Source: Malacoraja senta | Taxonomy: Eukaryota | Direction of reading: 5' to 3' | DNA: 64,000 bases | Assembly (NCBI GenBank): GCA_038087875.1 | Contig: JAXLNO010000297.1 | Span: 1-64,000, forward strand | The notes under the pieces: generated by a model | Database searches by the model: none | What the model was told of the DNA's origin: nothing | What the model saw: the letters and a program-made list of their open reading frames with translations, nothing else | Translations under genes and position numbers: made by a program | Shown: piece after piece, positions 1 to 13,689 of the stretch | Numbering within the stretch: the stretch's first letter is position 1 | Layout: the number at the start of each line of letters is the position of its first letter

Positions 1-970
1 GTCAGCATTGGTAGGTTGGGCCGAAGGGCCTGTTTCAACGCTGATTTACTCTATGACTCTCTGACTCTGTGTCTGGGCATCTTGCAGCCGGAAGATTCAA
101 CACTGAATTCTCCAACTTCAAATAACTCGTTCTTTATTTCTGTCGGTATCAAAATTAACCATTTCTGTTTCTCCTCAATTTGTCACATTGTTGCCATGTT
201 TTATTCGTCTAGTCTTGCCTGCCCAGCACATCTCTCAGTTTAACTATCTGCAACACATTGTACAGATAATGAAACAAATGTCCTTGTCCCTGCCCCTGCT
301 AATCCATTTGGACTTGGCCTGTCGGAAATTAGTTCTGAAGAGCGGAAAGGGGAAAATAACCACTTTCCTGTTAATGCGTTTCCATTTTGACTGTTACCTT
401 CTTGTTATTGACCATTGATTTATTTGTTTTCGTGTCAATAAGTTGTAGCAGCTTTCCAATTTTCTCAATTCCAAAATTCCCGATGTTCTCGTTTATCGAA
501 ACCAGGAATACCCATGTGCCAATCTAACAGCCTATTAAACGCCGCTTTCATATCTGCCTCGACCTCCACCCCTGGCAGCGCGGTCCAGGCACCCATCACC
601 CTGTGTGTAAAGTAACTTTCTCCGCCCGTTTCCTTTAAACCTTCCTATGTCTCCTTCACCAATGCCCTCTAATCTTGCACATTTCAAACCTAGAAATAGT
701 TCTTGACTGATTATCTTATCTATGTTTGTCATCATTTTATAACCTTTTATAAGAAAAAAATGTGTCAGTAAGATCTTCATGTATCATCATTTTTTTAGTT
801 GGCATTCAATATAATGTTTAAATGTAAGTACTTTTAGATGTTATGTTTCATTTCCTAGTTTTTAAAGAATCTGCAAACGATCAGAAGTTCAAGTGGATAC
901 GTGGAAGTTTCAGATCGAAACTATTTCAGTGGATCCTGTAAATGAATAATCAAACATATTTTCATAACGA

Positions 971-1152
971 AGGTACACAAAAATGCTGGAGAAACTCAGC
1001 GGGTGCAGCAGCATCTATGGAGCGAAGGAAATAGGTAACGTTTCGGGCCGAAACCCTCTATTTCCTTCGCTCCATAGATGCTGCTGCACCCGCTGAGTTT
1101 CTCCAGCATTTTTGTGTACCTTCGATTTTCCAGCATCTGCAGTTCCTTCTTT
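971..1152. mobile_element. Short fold-back Penelope-derived insertion (inverted pLTR fragments)
   Basis: Inverted arms 968-1034 and 1058-1124. Flanked by the 18-bp direct repeat aacatattttcataacga (953-970, 1153-1170). Sequence resembles the Penelope 3' tails at 21990-22060. Confidence 0.8.
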
Positions 1153-1581
1153 AACATATTTTCATAACGAGTGGATGGTGGGGGAAGGGGGAAGGGGGAT
1201 GGGGACAGGAGAGAACCCTTATAGGGACGAGGACATGAGAAGCTTTAACTTCAACTTGCAGGCTGAATGGGGGTTTACCACACAGCGATCAACTATTTTA
1301 CTTCGGAGTCACGTGAGTGACTACGTGTAGACCCCGCCAGCACGCATGCGCGTTATATCGTCTATCGCATTGCGCAAACGACAGGCTGGGGGGGGGGGGG
1401 GGGGCGCTGCTCCACCAGCGGACCAACCTGAAGGTAAGTTTTAAACTTTTCCAGGTTGTGTTTTGCAGGAATCTCTGTAGCCTTACAGAGGTCCTGCTTT
1501 ATTTCGGCAAAGTCGGCCGGGCCGCGGGAGACCTTATGGACCGCGAGGAACCCCAGTCGCTGACCACAGGGTCGGGGAAAC

Positions 1582-2110
1582 ATAGATACATAGATACATA
1601 GAAATTAGGTGCAGGAGTAGGCCATTCAGCCCTTCGAGCCTGCACCGCCATTCAATACGATCATGGCTGATCATCCAACTCAGTATCCCGTACCTGCCTT
1701 CTCTCCATACCCCCTGATCCCTTTAGCCACAAGGGCCACATCTAATTCCCTCTTAAATATAGCCAATGAACTGGCCTCAACTACCCTCTGTGGCAGAGAG
1801 TTCCAGAGATTCACCACTCTCTGTGTGAAAAAGTTTTTCCTCATCTCGGTCTTAAAGGATTTTCCCCTTATCCTTAAGCTGTGACCCCTTGTCCTGGACT
1901 TCCCCAACATCGGGAACAATCTTCCTGCATCTAGCCTGTCCAACCCCATAAGAATCTTGTACGTTTCTATAAGATCCCCTCTCAATCTCCTAAATTCTAG
2001 CGAGTATAAGCCAAGTCTATCCAGTCTTTCTTCATATGAAAGTCCTGACATCCCAGGAATCAGTCTGGTGAACCTTCTCTGCACTCTATGGCTATAATGT
2101 CCTTCCTCAG
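1582..2110 (-). mobile_element. CR1 LINE 3' fragment nested in the DIRS element
   Basis: RVQRRFTRLIPGMSGLSYEERL...RTRGHSLRI peptide, nearly identical to the 3' end of the CR1 at 32800-33460; short microsatellite tail. Confidence 0.9.
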
Positions 2111-2254
2111 ATTCCTCAGAAACCCACCCATGTATCGCGGGGAACCCGCTACGGTTGAGTTCCCTTTTTCGAGTCGCTGGCGGTGGAGCCAGCGGCTTCA
2201 GACTGGTGGCAACCCACTGGAGGGTAAGCCAATATTTTTTCCAGGGACCGCAGA

Positions 2255-2590
2255 GGCAGCTGTGAGAACGCGGGGACATGCACCTCGCGGGGATTCCCTT
2301 CTACAATGACTGTAGAGGGAGACCCGGCTGCGAGAACCGCGGGGATACCAGGCTCTGTGGAAAAACCCGACATGGATCTCGCGCGGATCCCTTCTCCAAG
2401 GACTGTAGAGGGAGTACCGGCTGCGAGAACCACGGGGATACCAGGCTCGGTGCAAAACCCGACATGGAATCACGGGAAACCCCTTCTACAAGGACTGCAG
2501 AGGGAATTCCGGCTGCGATAACTATGGGGGAAAACCCGATAGGGGCTTTGCGGGGAATCCCTTCTACAGGGGCCGCAGGGAACCGCTACG
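2255..2590 (+). repeat. Degenerate ~90-bp tandem repeat inside the DIRS element
   Basis: Recurrent cccttctacaaggactg..gaggga..ccggctgcgagaacc..ggggataccaggctc units. Confidence 0.7.
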
Positions 2591-5500
2591 GAGACCGCAG
2601 ACTGCGGGTAGCGGGCAGCGGTCGAATCCGCTTTTTCCAGATAACAAGACCTGCAGGTAAGTTCTTTACTCTGGGGTCGTATTTTGTTCCATTTCTGTGT
2701 TACAGGGAAGGAACTATGGAAAAGTCGGTAACGAAGTCCAAACGGGCTGCATCCAGACTGGCTGGACCGTGGAAGTACGGGCAGTCAGCAGCGGCCGACT
2801 GCATCTGGATCGCAATCTATGCGGTCAGCAGTCTCCGTCCCGGCACCTGTACAGTCTGAATCAACACTACAGACTGGCGGAAAGACCAAGCAGAGGACGG
2901 ACAGGCCATAGACTCGGACGAGTCGGGCCGTGAAGAATCACCGCCGGCAGGCAGCGACCGAGATCGCATATCCCGCATGGGCGGTTGATGGAGCAGATGC
3001 TCCAATGTGACGTGCTCCAGGATATGGAGCCTTGTCACCGTGGGCCTCCTAGGACGGCCATGGCAGCACCTCGTGAGGGCTGCATAATGCATCTCCCTCG
3101 CTGAAGATGCCACAAGTCTACTATGCACCCACCAGCAGACACCGAAGATGGTGAAAGCCGAAGGCCGTACGATCAGAACAGAGGTCTTTTTTAGACCGCG
3201 GCCCAGAACGGCCTTCGTGGAAGATGTGCCAACCCAGCAAGAGTGTGGAAGGCAAGTCAGGCAGCAGCTCCTGACTCGGGTTGCATAAGTCCTACCATTC
3301 GGATGTATGAAGGATGAAGCTGATTGAAGGATGAAGCTGGTTGAGGCAGCTCCTTGGCAGGTTGCATAAGTCCTCCCATTTGGAGCGTGAAGGAGAAGCT
3401 TCCGATTATGGATAGTAGTTGGTAATATTTACACTTGGGGTTTACAGATCAGATTAGTTTATACTGCAACAGCATTCAAGCACCAGAGTTCTCGAAAACA
3501 TGATTGGCGTTGCCTTTTAGGCAGAATCGCAATTGGGGCAATAAGGCCTGTTCATTGTTAACAGGTACAACTCGCTTGTGCAGTATAGACATTTCTGAAT
3601 AGGGAACTTCGTGACTGTTAACTACCATGGATCAGTTTCCATTCACAAGGCACCAGAGGTATTTCAAAATTTAGCTGGAATTGAGTTCTCATCCATCCAG
3701 TTAAATTTAAGTTAAATTTACGTTGATACCAACTGAAATGTCTGGGACTCCGCCCTGAGGCAAGAGATTGGAATCAATTCTCAAGTACCATTGTTACCAG
3801 ACCTTTCCTATTCCCGGCTGAAACTATCAAAGTCACCATGATGGACGATTAGTATTCAGCATTGCTCCATTAACTTTTCATCAATTATCTTCAGTTAATT
3901 ACAAACGGATGCTATTGCTCAAAGATGGAAAATTACTAATATCAGCTCTAAATTACGGAGATGGATGGGATTTGCATGATTACCAAATGTTCAGTTATAT
4001 GGTATCAACTACTTACAGACAACAGGTGCATTCTGTGGATTAAGGGGTGCATGCTTAAGTCCAAGTTGATTCACTTTGGTGGAGGTATATGTTGATCACA
4101 TGGGTATAATCAGTCAAAGTATCCGGTGATAAATTACCTAACCTCATCTAGCACTGGTATATCATCAATTGTCAATACGGAATTGATGTTGGATCGCTAA
4201 GTGTTTAATGACATTGTGGCTCGATGAAAAGCTGAAGATCGAAATGTCTGCATCCAAGGCTCAATCACCAGTTGCAATATATGTGGCATATCAATGGCGA
4301 TGGATGTATTCTCGCTACACTGGGGAGGAATGTCTTCCTCCATTTTGCCTCATCAGACGGGACTTGCAAATTCAGCAAGCTCCCGCTTCAGTTATTTTCA
4401 TAGTGCCTGCCTGGCTTCTACAGCCATGGTTCCCGCTGATGTGGGGAATGATGACAGAACCTTATATGGTTAATTCTGGACATAACATTTGCTGGTTTTA
4501 CCGTGACTCGGGGAACCATCCTTTTGCAGGATATAACCTATGCTTTGATTACAGACTCTGCGAAGGCCATTCCTGCGGCTCAGGTTGTCAAACCATACCT
4601 TGGCCGTGCTCACTGCAGATGCAGGGATAGCACCAAACAATAGTATCTCCTCATAAGGAGATGGGAGGTATTTGTTTTATGTTATATTACATTCAGCTTG
4701 GCACGGATGACTGATGGCTTGAAGGTCAGTTTTGTATGGGATTGACAATTATCAAGTTAAAGTGCTATTTACTGTGCCTAAAGTGCCTTCTCATCATGCT
4801 GGCTGTGGGGAACAGAATCCACTTCTGTTGGGTCTCACCCTCTGGGATTCAGGTAATGAAGGGTATCTTCAACTCTAAACCTCCCATGCCTGGGTACGCA
4901 GAGATATATGATGTTAACATTGTGCCACGTTGTTCGTCGGAGGGCTCCAGCTACATCCCTGTCCTTGGTAAAACTCGCCTACAAGTGATTATGCCATGGC
5001 ACTGAGTTCAGCACAACGGGTCCAGACATGGCATTAGCAGTAACTGGACATGATGATAATATCTGCGGGCTAAATGACATTATGTTTATTACTTAGTCAA
5101 GCAGAATAGACCAGGGGCATCAGGTCTAACTAGATTGTTCATATATCTCATGGGCCTTTGGTTGTGTGTAGTCACACATCTACACCAGAATGTAGGTCTC
5201 TAGAGCATTAAAGACTCTGAACTAGCAATATTGGTAGTTACATTAGCCTTGTAAGAAGGGATCACTACAGACCATCTCCGGGTGGTTTTAAAGGGGCTGG
5301 CTTATACAGGAGTGAACACTAATATTGAAGTCTCACTCCACAAGGGCTGCAACTACCACAGCAGCAGGGTATGGACGTTAGGGGGACCACATCCTAGGGA
5401 CTGCAGGGTGGTCAAACTAACAATCTTTCCAATCATTTATAACAACCCATTACCAGATTGGGGGTAGTTGCCAACTCTATGCTAGTTCTGTTTCATAGTT

Positions 5501-6187
5501 CCCTCTCGGTTGAGTGAGGTTACTATTATCATTGGTTGTTTATTAAAAGCATCAACATGTCTATATCTAAGTCATGTCTGAATGCATTATTAATGATCAC
5601 TCATCAGTAGTCAACTGATGCAGTGTGTGAAGCATGGACTCGGTTCCACGGCATGAAATCACAGATCTTTAAAATCTTCACGTAGTCACTCACGTGACTC
5701 CGAAGTAAAATAGTAAGATTAAACAAGAACTTACCAGTTTGAAGTTTGATCTTTATTTTATGAGGAGTTACGTCGAGGGATTACGTGCCCTCCACGCCCA
5801 CCCTCTTGTAAAGATCAACTGGTATCCTAGTTCTTCTTATCTTACTATGTTTATTTCATTACTATTACTGTGATTCCACGCCGTTGCTTTGAAGAATGGC
5901 GCGCATGCGTGCTGGCGGGGTCTTCACGTAATCCCTCGACGTAACTCCTCATAAAATAAAGATCAAACTTCAAACTGGTAAGTTCTCGTTTAATCTTACT
6001 ATTATAGATTCCATCTCCCCAGTAGAGGGAGATGGAGTTTTCAGCTGCTCGGATTTCTTGAATTGTTTATGACATCGCAGCTTCAGAAAATAGGATGAAC
6101 TGTTCAGTAAAGCATTCGACAAGGTTCCGCATGGTTGGCTGCTCTGGAATGTTAGATCGCATGGGATCCAAAGAGAGATACTGTAAC

Positions 6188-7236
6188 TAGGTATGTTACA
6201 AAACTTACCTTCAGTCGCGCTGTAATTCTGCCACTGGCCGTGTGCGCGATTTTGGCGCCTTTAAGGGGGGGCGGGGTTAAAACGCGGGTTTCTCCTCCCT
6301 TGTCCTGGGAATATTTTGTTGGAGTACAAGCCTTGGCTGACAAAATCGTTCCTAGTGGCGATTTGTGAATTTTTTATTTTTATTAAAACGTCAATGTCAG
6401 CGCTACAGTAATTTTAAAATTTTAAAAGCAGCTCCTGAAGCGTCAACGCCGATAACGGGGACGGATTTCACACACGGGACAGGTAAACGAAAGTGCTTTC
6501 TTTAAATGTATAAAAGTGCTTCTTAAGAAGCCTTTAATTCACATTTTGTCATGCAACACGGTGATTTTATTCCCCGAATTAACGGCAGTATTTTTCATGC
6601 CAATACGGGGTTAAATTCACCGCAAATCAACGTTCCAAAAGATCGCGTTCCAGTAATCCTCACTCGCAAGATGAATTAAATCCCCAATAATTTACAGGTA
6701 TTAAACATTCAATTCCTTCCATTTGGCCTGTAAATTCATGAAAATTAGATTTAAAAATTATGTTATATTGTGAATTATTGTGTGAATGTTATTTGGACAC
6801 TTAGGCTATTTAAAAATGTTAATCTATTCTTAAGAAATTGATAGATGTTTAGATCTAGTAATTGAATTTTGTAATTAGCTACAATTAGGTAACTAACTAA
6901 TTATATGCTTTACTTTCATGTCTTCGAAGTAAGATTGTTTCATATTTGTTTCAGAATGCTTCAATCTATAATACCTGAAAATTTCTTTCAGTTATCATAA
7001 TTTTTAAGAAAGTTATGGGCTTTTAACTGTCCTCGATCACAGCTTTTGTGTTAAGTCAATGGAAAAGCAATAGGGAACTAGATGCTAATTTCTGAGTATG
7101 ATAATGGCCATAACCTTTTTAATACTGAAGATATGAAAGTGAATTAAGTGTCAAATTAAACTTCTTTTTATGCTTTATCTGATGGGATAAATTGCAGACT
7201 TTATTTTTTAAATCTCAAAATTTTGTAACATTGCTA
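6188..7236. mobile_element. Non-autonomous TIR DNA transposon with TAG...CTA termini, inserted in a CR1 remnant
   Basis: Imperfect TIR taggtatgttacaaaa / ttttgtaacattgcta. Flanking direct repeat ctgtaac. CR1 sequence continues on both sides. Confidence 0.7.
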
Positions 7237-7265
7237 CTGTAACTGAATGGATAGAAAATTGGCTT

Positions 7266-8085
7266 CAAGAGTCAAGAGTCAAGAGTCAAGGGTGTTTTAT
7301 TTTCATATGTCCCAGATAGAACGATGAATTCTTACTTGCTGCAGCACAACACAATATGTAAACATAGTACACTGTGAACAATATAATAAACGAGAGAGAA
7401 AAAAAAGTTCTGTGTGTATATTTATACATACACATATACTGTATATTCCCGATGGCAGGAGTGAAATGTGTGTGTGTGGCCAGGGTGGTGTGCGTCTCTG
7501 GTGATGCTGGCTGCGACCGGTAAATCCCTTCGATGGTGCGGAGGTCAGAGCCGGTGATGGACTGGGCAGTGTTCACAACGTTTTGCAGTCTTTTTCGCTC
7601 CTGAACGTTCAAGTTGCGGAACCGGGCCATGATGCAACCTGTCAATATGCTCTCTACTGTATACCTGTAGAGGTTTAAGATAAAACCTCTCCGGCATACC
7701 AAATCTCCGTAACCTTCTCAGGGAGTAGAGGCGTCGGTGTGCTTGCTTTATAATTGCATCAGTGTGCTGGGTCCAGGAAAGATCTTCGAAAATATGAACG
7801 CCCAGGAAGTTTTTGACTCTCTCCACCATCGTCTTGGTGATATAAACAGGATTGTGGGTCCTCAGCCTTCCTCCTCTAAAGTTCACAACTAGTTCATTGG
7901 TTTTACTGATGTTGAGAGCCAGGTTACTGTGCTGGCACCATTTGGTCAATTGGTCGATCTCACTTCTATAGTCTGACTCATCACCATCTGTAATTCTTCG
8001 AACAACGGCGGTGTCGTCGGCAAACTTAAAGATGGAGTTTGCACTGTGTCCGGCTATACAGTCACGAGTATAGAGTGAGTAGAGG
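7266..8085 (-). mobile_element. Rex1/Babar-clade LINE 3' portion
   Basis: YSLYTRDC...IFKFADDTAVV...WCQHSNLALNISKT RT motifs; (gactctt)n tail. Confidence 0.8.
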
Positions 8086-8109
8086 AAGGAAGCAGAAGGT
8101 GATGGTGGA

Positions 8110-9030
8110 AGGTTGGAAGGTTGCTTCTCGGACTGGAGGCCTGTGACTAGTGGTGTGCCTCTGGGTTCGGTTCTGGGCCCATTACTGTTTGTCATCTAAT
8201 TCGATGATTTGGATGGGAACTTGCATGGCAAGATTAGCAAGTTTGCTGATGATACAAAAATGCTGATGATTCAAATAGTTGTGAATAATTGCAGCTGTAT
8301 CTTGATCGATTGGCCAGGTGGGCTGAGGAATAGTTGATGGAATTTAATACAGATTAATGCGAGGTGTTGCATTTTGGAAAATCTAACTTGGGCAGGACCA
8401 ACACAGTGACAGTAGGGCTCTGGGGGGTGTTGTCGAGCAGACAGATCTTACAGTGCAAGTGCATGTTTCCTTGAAGGAGTCGCAGGGCAATAAAGCTTTT
8501 GGCACATTGGCCTTCATCAGTCAGAGTATTGACTTTAGACGTTTTGAGGTCATTTTGTAATTGTATCAGATGTTGGTGAGGCAGCATTTAGAGTGTTCGT
8601 TCAGTTCCGGGCACCATTTTACAGGAAATATGTTGTCAAGCTGGAAAGTGTACAGAGAACATTTATGACGATGTTGTCAGGACTAGAGGGTCTGAGCTAC
8701 AGGGAGAGGTCGAGTTGGCTGGTACTTTATTTGTTGGAGCGCAGGACGATGAGGTGTATAACATCACGAGAGGAATAGATCGGGGAGATGCACAGAGTCC
8801 CTTGGGTGGTGGGTGTATGGAACAAACTGTCAGAGGAGGGAGTTGAGGCTGGACTGCCCCCAAAATGTAATAAACAGTTAGACAGTTACATGTATAGGAC
8901 AGGTTTGGAGGAATATGGACCAAATGCGGCAGGTGGTACTAGTGGAGCTGGGACATGTTGGCTGGCGTGGACAAGTTGGGCCGAAGGGCCTGTTTCCACG
9001 CTGTATCAATCTATGATTCGATGACTCTAT
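8110..9030 (+). mobile_element. Degraded CR1 LINE RT and 3' fragment
   Basis: Remnants of the VTSGVPxGSVLGP and KFADD motifs, and LESVQRTF. Confidence 0.75.
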
Positions 9031-10996
9031 GATTCCGCTATTCTGCGAATGCAGATGTCCTTACAGAATATTCCGTTTATCCGTTTACTTTTTAAAGACT
9101 GTAGAGAGGCCACAGTTTAAGAATAAGGGGTAAGCCATTTGGAACAGAGATGAGGAAAAACGTTCTCACACAGAGGGTTGTGAATCTGTGGAATTCTCTG
9201 GATGCTTTCAAGAGAGTGTTGGATAGAGCTCTTAAAGATAGCGGAGTCAGAGGATATGTGGAAAAGGCAGGAACGGGGTACTGAGGGTGGATGATCAGCC
9301 ATGATCACAGCGAATGGCGTTGCTGTCTCGAAGGGCCGAATGGCCTACTCGTATACATATTGTCTATTGTCTATTGAGAGTCCCACAGAGGAAATGCCTT
9401 GAATGTTTAGATTAATTGAATAATACAGCATGGTTGAAAATCCCCTTTGACCCACCGAGTCCACCGCGACCATCGATCATTCATTCATAATAGTTCCATG
9501 TTATCGCACTTTCGCGGTCTCACCATGCGCACCAGGGGGAATTTATAGAACCCAATCAATCAACAAACCAGCACTATTAGGGACGTGCGAGGAGCCGAAG
9601 CTCCCGGAGGAAACCCACGCGGTCATAGGGACAAACCCCATAGACAGCACCCGAGATCAGAATCGAACCCGGGTCTCTGACGCTGTGTGAGTCGTCTACC
9701 AGCCACGTCACAGTTTTATTTGTTAGAATTGACGAACAGAAGTCTAACAGAAACACCAGCGCAATAATCAGGCGATGGGCAATGATGGTCCAGTTTTATA
9801 CTGCCATCATAGAGTCTGTCCTCACCTGCTCCATCATGGTCTGGTCTGGCTCAGCCACCAAGCACGACATCCGGAGGCTGCAGCGTATCGTTCGATCAGA
9901 AGGTTGTTGGCTGCAACCACATAAAAACAGCTTTATTTCCACGAGCAGCAGCTGTACTCAACAGCAAAATGGCTGTAGCCTCCTTTTGCTCTGGTATTTT
10001 ATTTTATTCTTCCTTGAATGCATACATACTTGACTCATAAAATGTATTGCATACTATTCAATGTTGTGGCTTTCGGCTGCTCTAACATCAGTTCCAGCCC
10101 GCATTAGTTGGAGGTTGTCTCGCCGTGCAGCGCAGCAGGAGATAAAGAACACCTTACTTGAATATTGTTTGTAATATTATATGACGCGCATGTCGCATCC
10201 ACGAATCACTCATTTCCCTATTACCCCCCCCCCCCCCCCCCACACTTCTTTCCCGCTTTACATTCCGCCTCTGCTCCTATCTCTAATCTGCCACCCTGGT
10301 CCATTTTTCACCTCTAGCCTTTGTCATTAACAGGCTCTATCTCGCCCCCACTTGCTCTCCAGCTTTCTTCAATCAATTTGAAGAAGGTAACCGACCCGAA
10401 ACGCCGCCTGTCTATTCCCTTCACAGGCGCTGCCTGACCTGTTGTTTTCTTCACTGGGCACGGAGAGGGGGTTCCGCCTGCCTGAGTTGGGGGGACAAGT
10501 GAGATTTTGCATCTTGCATGGTTGCTGCACCAGATGGAGGGCGTGTTTGAGATAACCCCGGGTAGCTGCTCTGGATTAAGGAGGTCAGCGCATTAAAAAC
10601 AAAAAATCTTGGTATTTGTTTGTTAGCCGATTTAGAACAGTCAAAGATATTTTCATAATTTTGTCAGTGACGTCTTATTATGACAAACTTCATTTTTATA
10701 TTTTCAACAATCAGAAGCATGTTGAATTGGCTTTTCGCAATACCAGTCCCATAACGTCGTCAGAATGGATCCACCATCCGCCCCCTTGGTCACCATCCGC
10801 TTTGATTTGTGGAATCTCATTTGCAAGGTGTTCAGTTTTCCTCCATGTGTTCCAACAGTTTGTAACACTGAAGTGCATAGATCAAACACAATTCGGTCTC
10901 ATCAGATTATTAATGTTCCTTAAAGTATTCTTTTTCAATTCTTGCTGTTCATTTCGGAAACATTCTCGAAGTTAAATGGGATGTCAGTTTGTGAAG

Positions 10997-12409
10997 TCAT
11001 TTAATATGGTCGGCTACTTTCGCAACGAGAACCACAGGTAATTTGATTACATTTTTCAATTCTTCTCTGAATTTTCTCTGAGACACAACATATATAAAGG
11101 TGTTCGTGCAAGTCCTCAAAAACTTCAGCATATACCCCGAGAGCTCCGCAATGGTGAAGGGCTCGTTGTAATTTGCTTCCAAAAATTGTGTCAGTGAATT
11201 GTACGCATATGAAACATATTAAATTAACATAGAAACATAGAAAATAGGTGCAGCAGGAGGCCATTCGGTCCTTTGAGCCAGCACCGCCATTCATTGTGAT
11301 CATGGCTGATCATCCCCAATCAATAACCCGTGCCTTCCTTCTCCCCATATCCCCTGGTTCCACCAGCCCCGAGAGCTCTATCTAACTATTTCTTAAATCC
11401 ATCCAGTGATATGGCCTCCACTGCCCTCTGTGGCAGGGAATTCCACAAATTCACAACTCTCTGGGTGAAAAAGTTTCTTCTCACCTCAGTCTTAAACGGC
11501 CTCCCCTTTATTCTAAGACTGTGGCCCCTGGTTCTGGACTCGCCCAACATTGGGAATTGTTTTCCTGCATCTAGCTTGTCCAGTCCTTTTATAATTGTAT
11601 ATGTTTCTATACAGTAAGAACCCCCCCCCCCTCATCCTTCTAAACTCCAGTGAATACAAGCCTAGTATTTTTAATATTTCCTCATATGACAGTCCCGCCA
11701 TCCCAGGGAACAATCTCGTGAACCTACGTTGCACAGCCTCAATCACGTAACCACCCACAAGAGGATGAAACTGCCGGATAGGGCGAGTAGCAAGACTATG
11801 GATTTCCTACGGTTCTCCGTCTCTGGGTCTGTGTTTCGCAGTACTGCTGTTTCCTCGTAGACCGCTCCTCACTCGATTAGCCAGTATAATGTGTCTGATG
11901 GTCAGGGAATTTAGCAGCAAATGGGGCCAATATCGTTTCCACCCGCAGAAAAACTGTCCAAATGTGTAATGTTTAGAAGCTTGATTTTACATAGCACGCC
12001 CACTGCACGTTATCCATTACCTCCCGAGTTTCGTATATGAAATAGTATGGGATGTTTTCTACAATGCTGGAGCAAAGCACCACCACTATAACTACAGTCG
12101 CATTCCTTTCAGTGCAATATCTTGCTCGTAAGGATTGGTGGCAAATAGCAACGTAACGATCGAAAGTGAAGGCCACAGTTAACCAGACGGAGCAGTGAAT
12201 GGAAACGAACAGTAAGGTGAGATTAATTTTACAAACCGAAGTGTGATTGAAGAATGAATATGGGAAATATCCATTGATTATCTGGTATAAGCTGACGTGA
12301 AATGTAAGAACCATTAAGTCAGTGACTGCCATCCCCAGCAGGTAACGAGTGATGCATTTGGAGAGACCGCAATGTCCACGGAACAGAATGACGATTGCAA
12401 CCAAATTAG
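10997..12409 (-). pseudogene. GPR139/GPR142-like class A GPCR pseudogene (main coding exon), disrupted by a stop, frameshifts and a CR1 insertion
   Basis: Acceptor tttgcag at 12410. Peptide NLVAIVIL..CGLSKCITRYL..SVWLTVAFTFDRYVAIC. TAA at 11973-11975, then frameshifted TM5-TM6 (ENRRKSIVLLLALSGSFILLW). TM7 CTNTFIYVVSQRKFREEL at 10997-11182. Confidence 0.85.
11228..11745 (-). mobile_element. CR1 LINE 3' fragment inserted in the GPCR coding sequence
   Basis: EAVQRRFTRLFPGMAGLSYEE; (tttctatg)n tail. Confidence 0.9.
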
Positions 12410-13689
12410 CTGCAAAAGACAAAACAATATAACATAACATCCACCGGCCGGATAGATAACGTCTCATTCAACATTTGGTACATTGTAAATATGTGCCTTA
12501 AATGAAAATGCCTGTGTGTTCCTATCAAGACGTCTGTTCGTCACGGCGGGATATAGATCATTTGGAAAAATGAACGGAGAAATGGCAGATGATGATCAGC
12601 CCAGACAAGTGTGTCGTGTTGCATTTTGTAATGTCAAATGCTAGAGCATAATATAGAGTACATTGAAGAACCCATAGGAGCATTGATTTGCAGAGTGTCC
12701 TTTGAGTACCATGACATGAAGTAGACAGAACGTACAGAAATCCCCTGTGGCCATGTCCCCCGAAAACATCCCCTGGATACTGTTGGGAGGAAATGTCCGG
12801 TCAGGGGTGAGCACCAGGTGCAGTCAGCTTTGTGGCCGCGGGCTCTGAGTCACAGTGGGGAAGATGAAAACACGAGGGTGAAAGTGATCGTAAGAGACAG
12901 GAAATTCTGTGGCAGTGGCTGGTGAGTTGTTCAGGTGTGGAGCTTACCTGTGTAAGAGGGACGGATGCACGTGAAATATGGGAGTCCATTGTCCTTGCAG
13001 TGAAGTTCGCTAAGACTATTCGGGAGGGTTAAAATAGAATGGCAGGTGAGTGGGAACAAAATAGAAAGTCAACAAATGGAAGAGGTGAAGTGAAGGTAGA
13101 GATTAGGACCAGTAAATCTCAAGGGAACGACAGGTAGAGAGAGGTTAATAAAAGTGGTGAAACTGGTTACCTGAAGTGTGTTTACTTGAATACACGAAAT
13201 ATCATTGGTGAAGTGATTGAACTGAGAGCCTGGATCAGTGCTTGGAACTCTGATATTGTCCCGCTATGAACATTTAGTTGCGACAGGGGCAGCAGTGGCC
13301 GTTCAACGTGGCAGGGTTGCAATACTTCGCAGGTGATAGAGTTGCGATAAAAGAAGTGGTGGAGTTTCTTTACTAATCTGGTACAATAACACTGCATCAC
13401 TGCGAGAGGACATACTGGGGTGGGGGCTCGTCTCCTTAGGCGATATCAGTGGAATATAAAATGAAAACATGTGTAATGATTCTGATTGGATTTGAATTTA
13501 GCCCCCCAATAGGCAGTAGTAGACATGACGGAAAGATACAAAAACAACAGGGTTGTCATTGTGGGTGACGTTAACTTCCCCAATATTGACAGAGATTTAC
13601 TGAGAGCTAAAGGCATAGTTAGGACAGAAGTTGTTCGATGTATCCACGAGGACTTCTTAAAACAGCATGTGGACAGGACTCTACTGTTA

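Larger units (their letters stand above)
1292..6003 (+). mobile_element. DIRS1-type tyrosine-recombinase retrotransposon, coding region decayed
   Basis: ITR pair about 1323-1352 / 5900-5930. Internal complementary region 5679-5787 matches both termini (1292-1327 and 5925-6003). Remnant peptides IVPAWLLQPWFP (methyltransferase-like region) and MKGIFNSKPPMPGYAEIYDVNIV (YR region). Confidence 0.85.
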
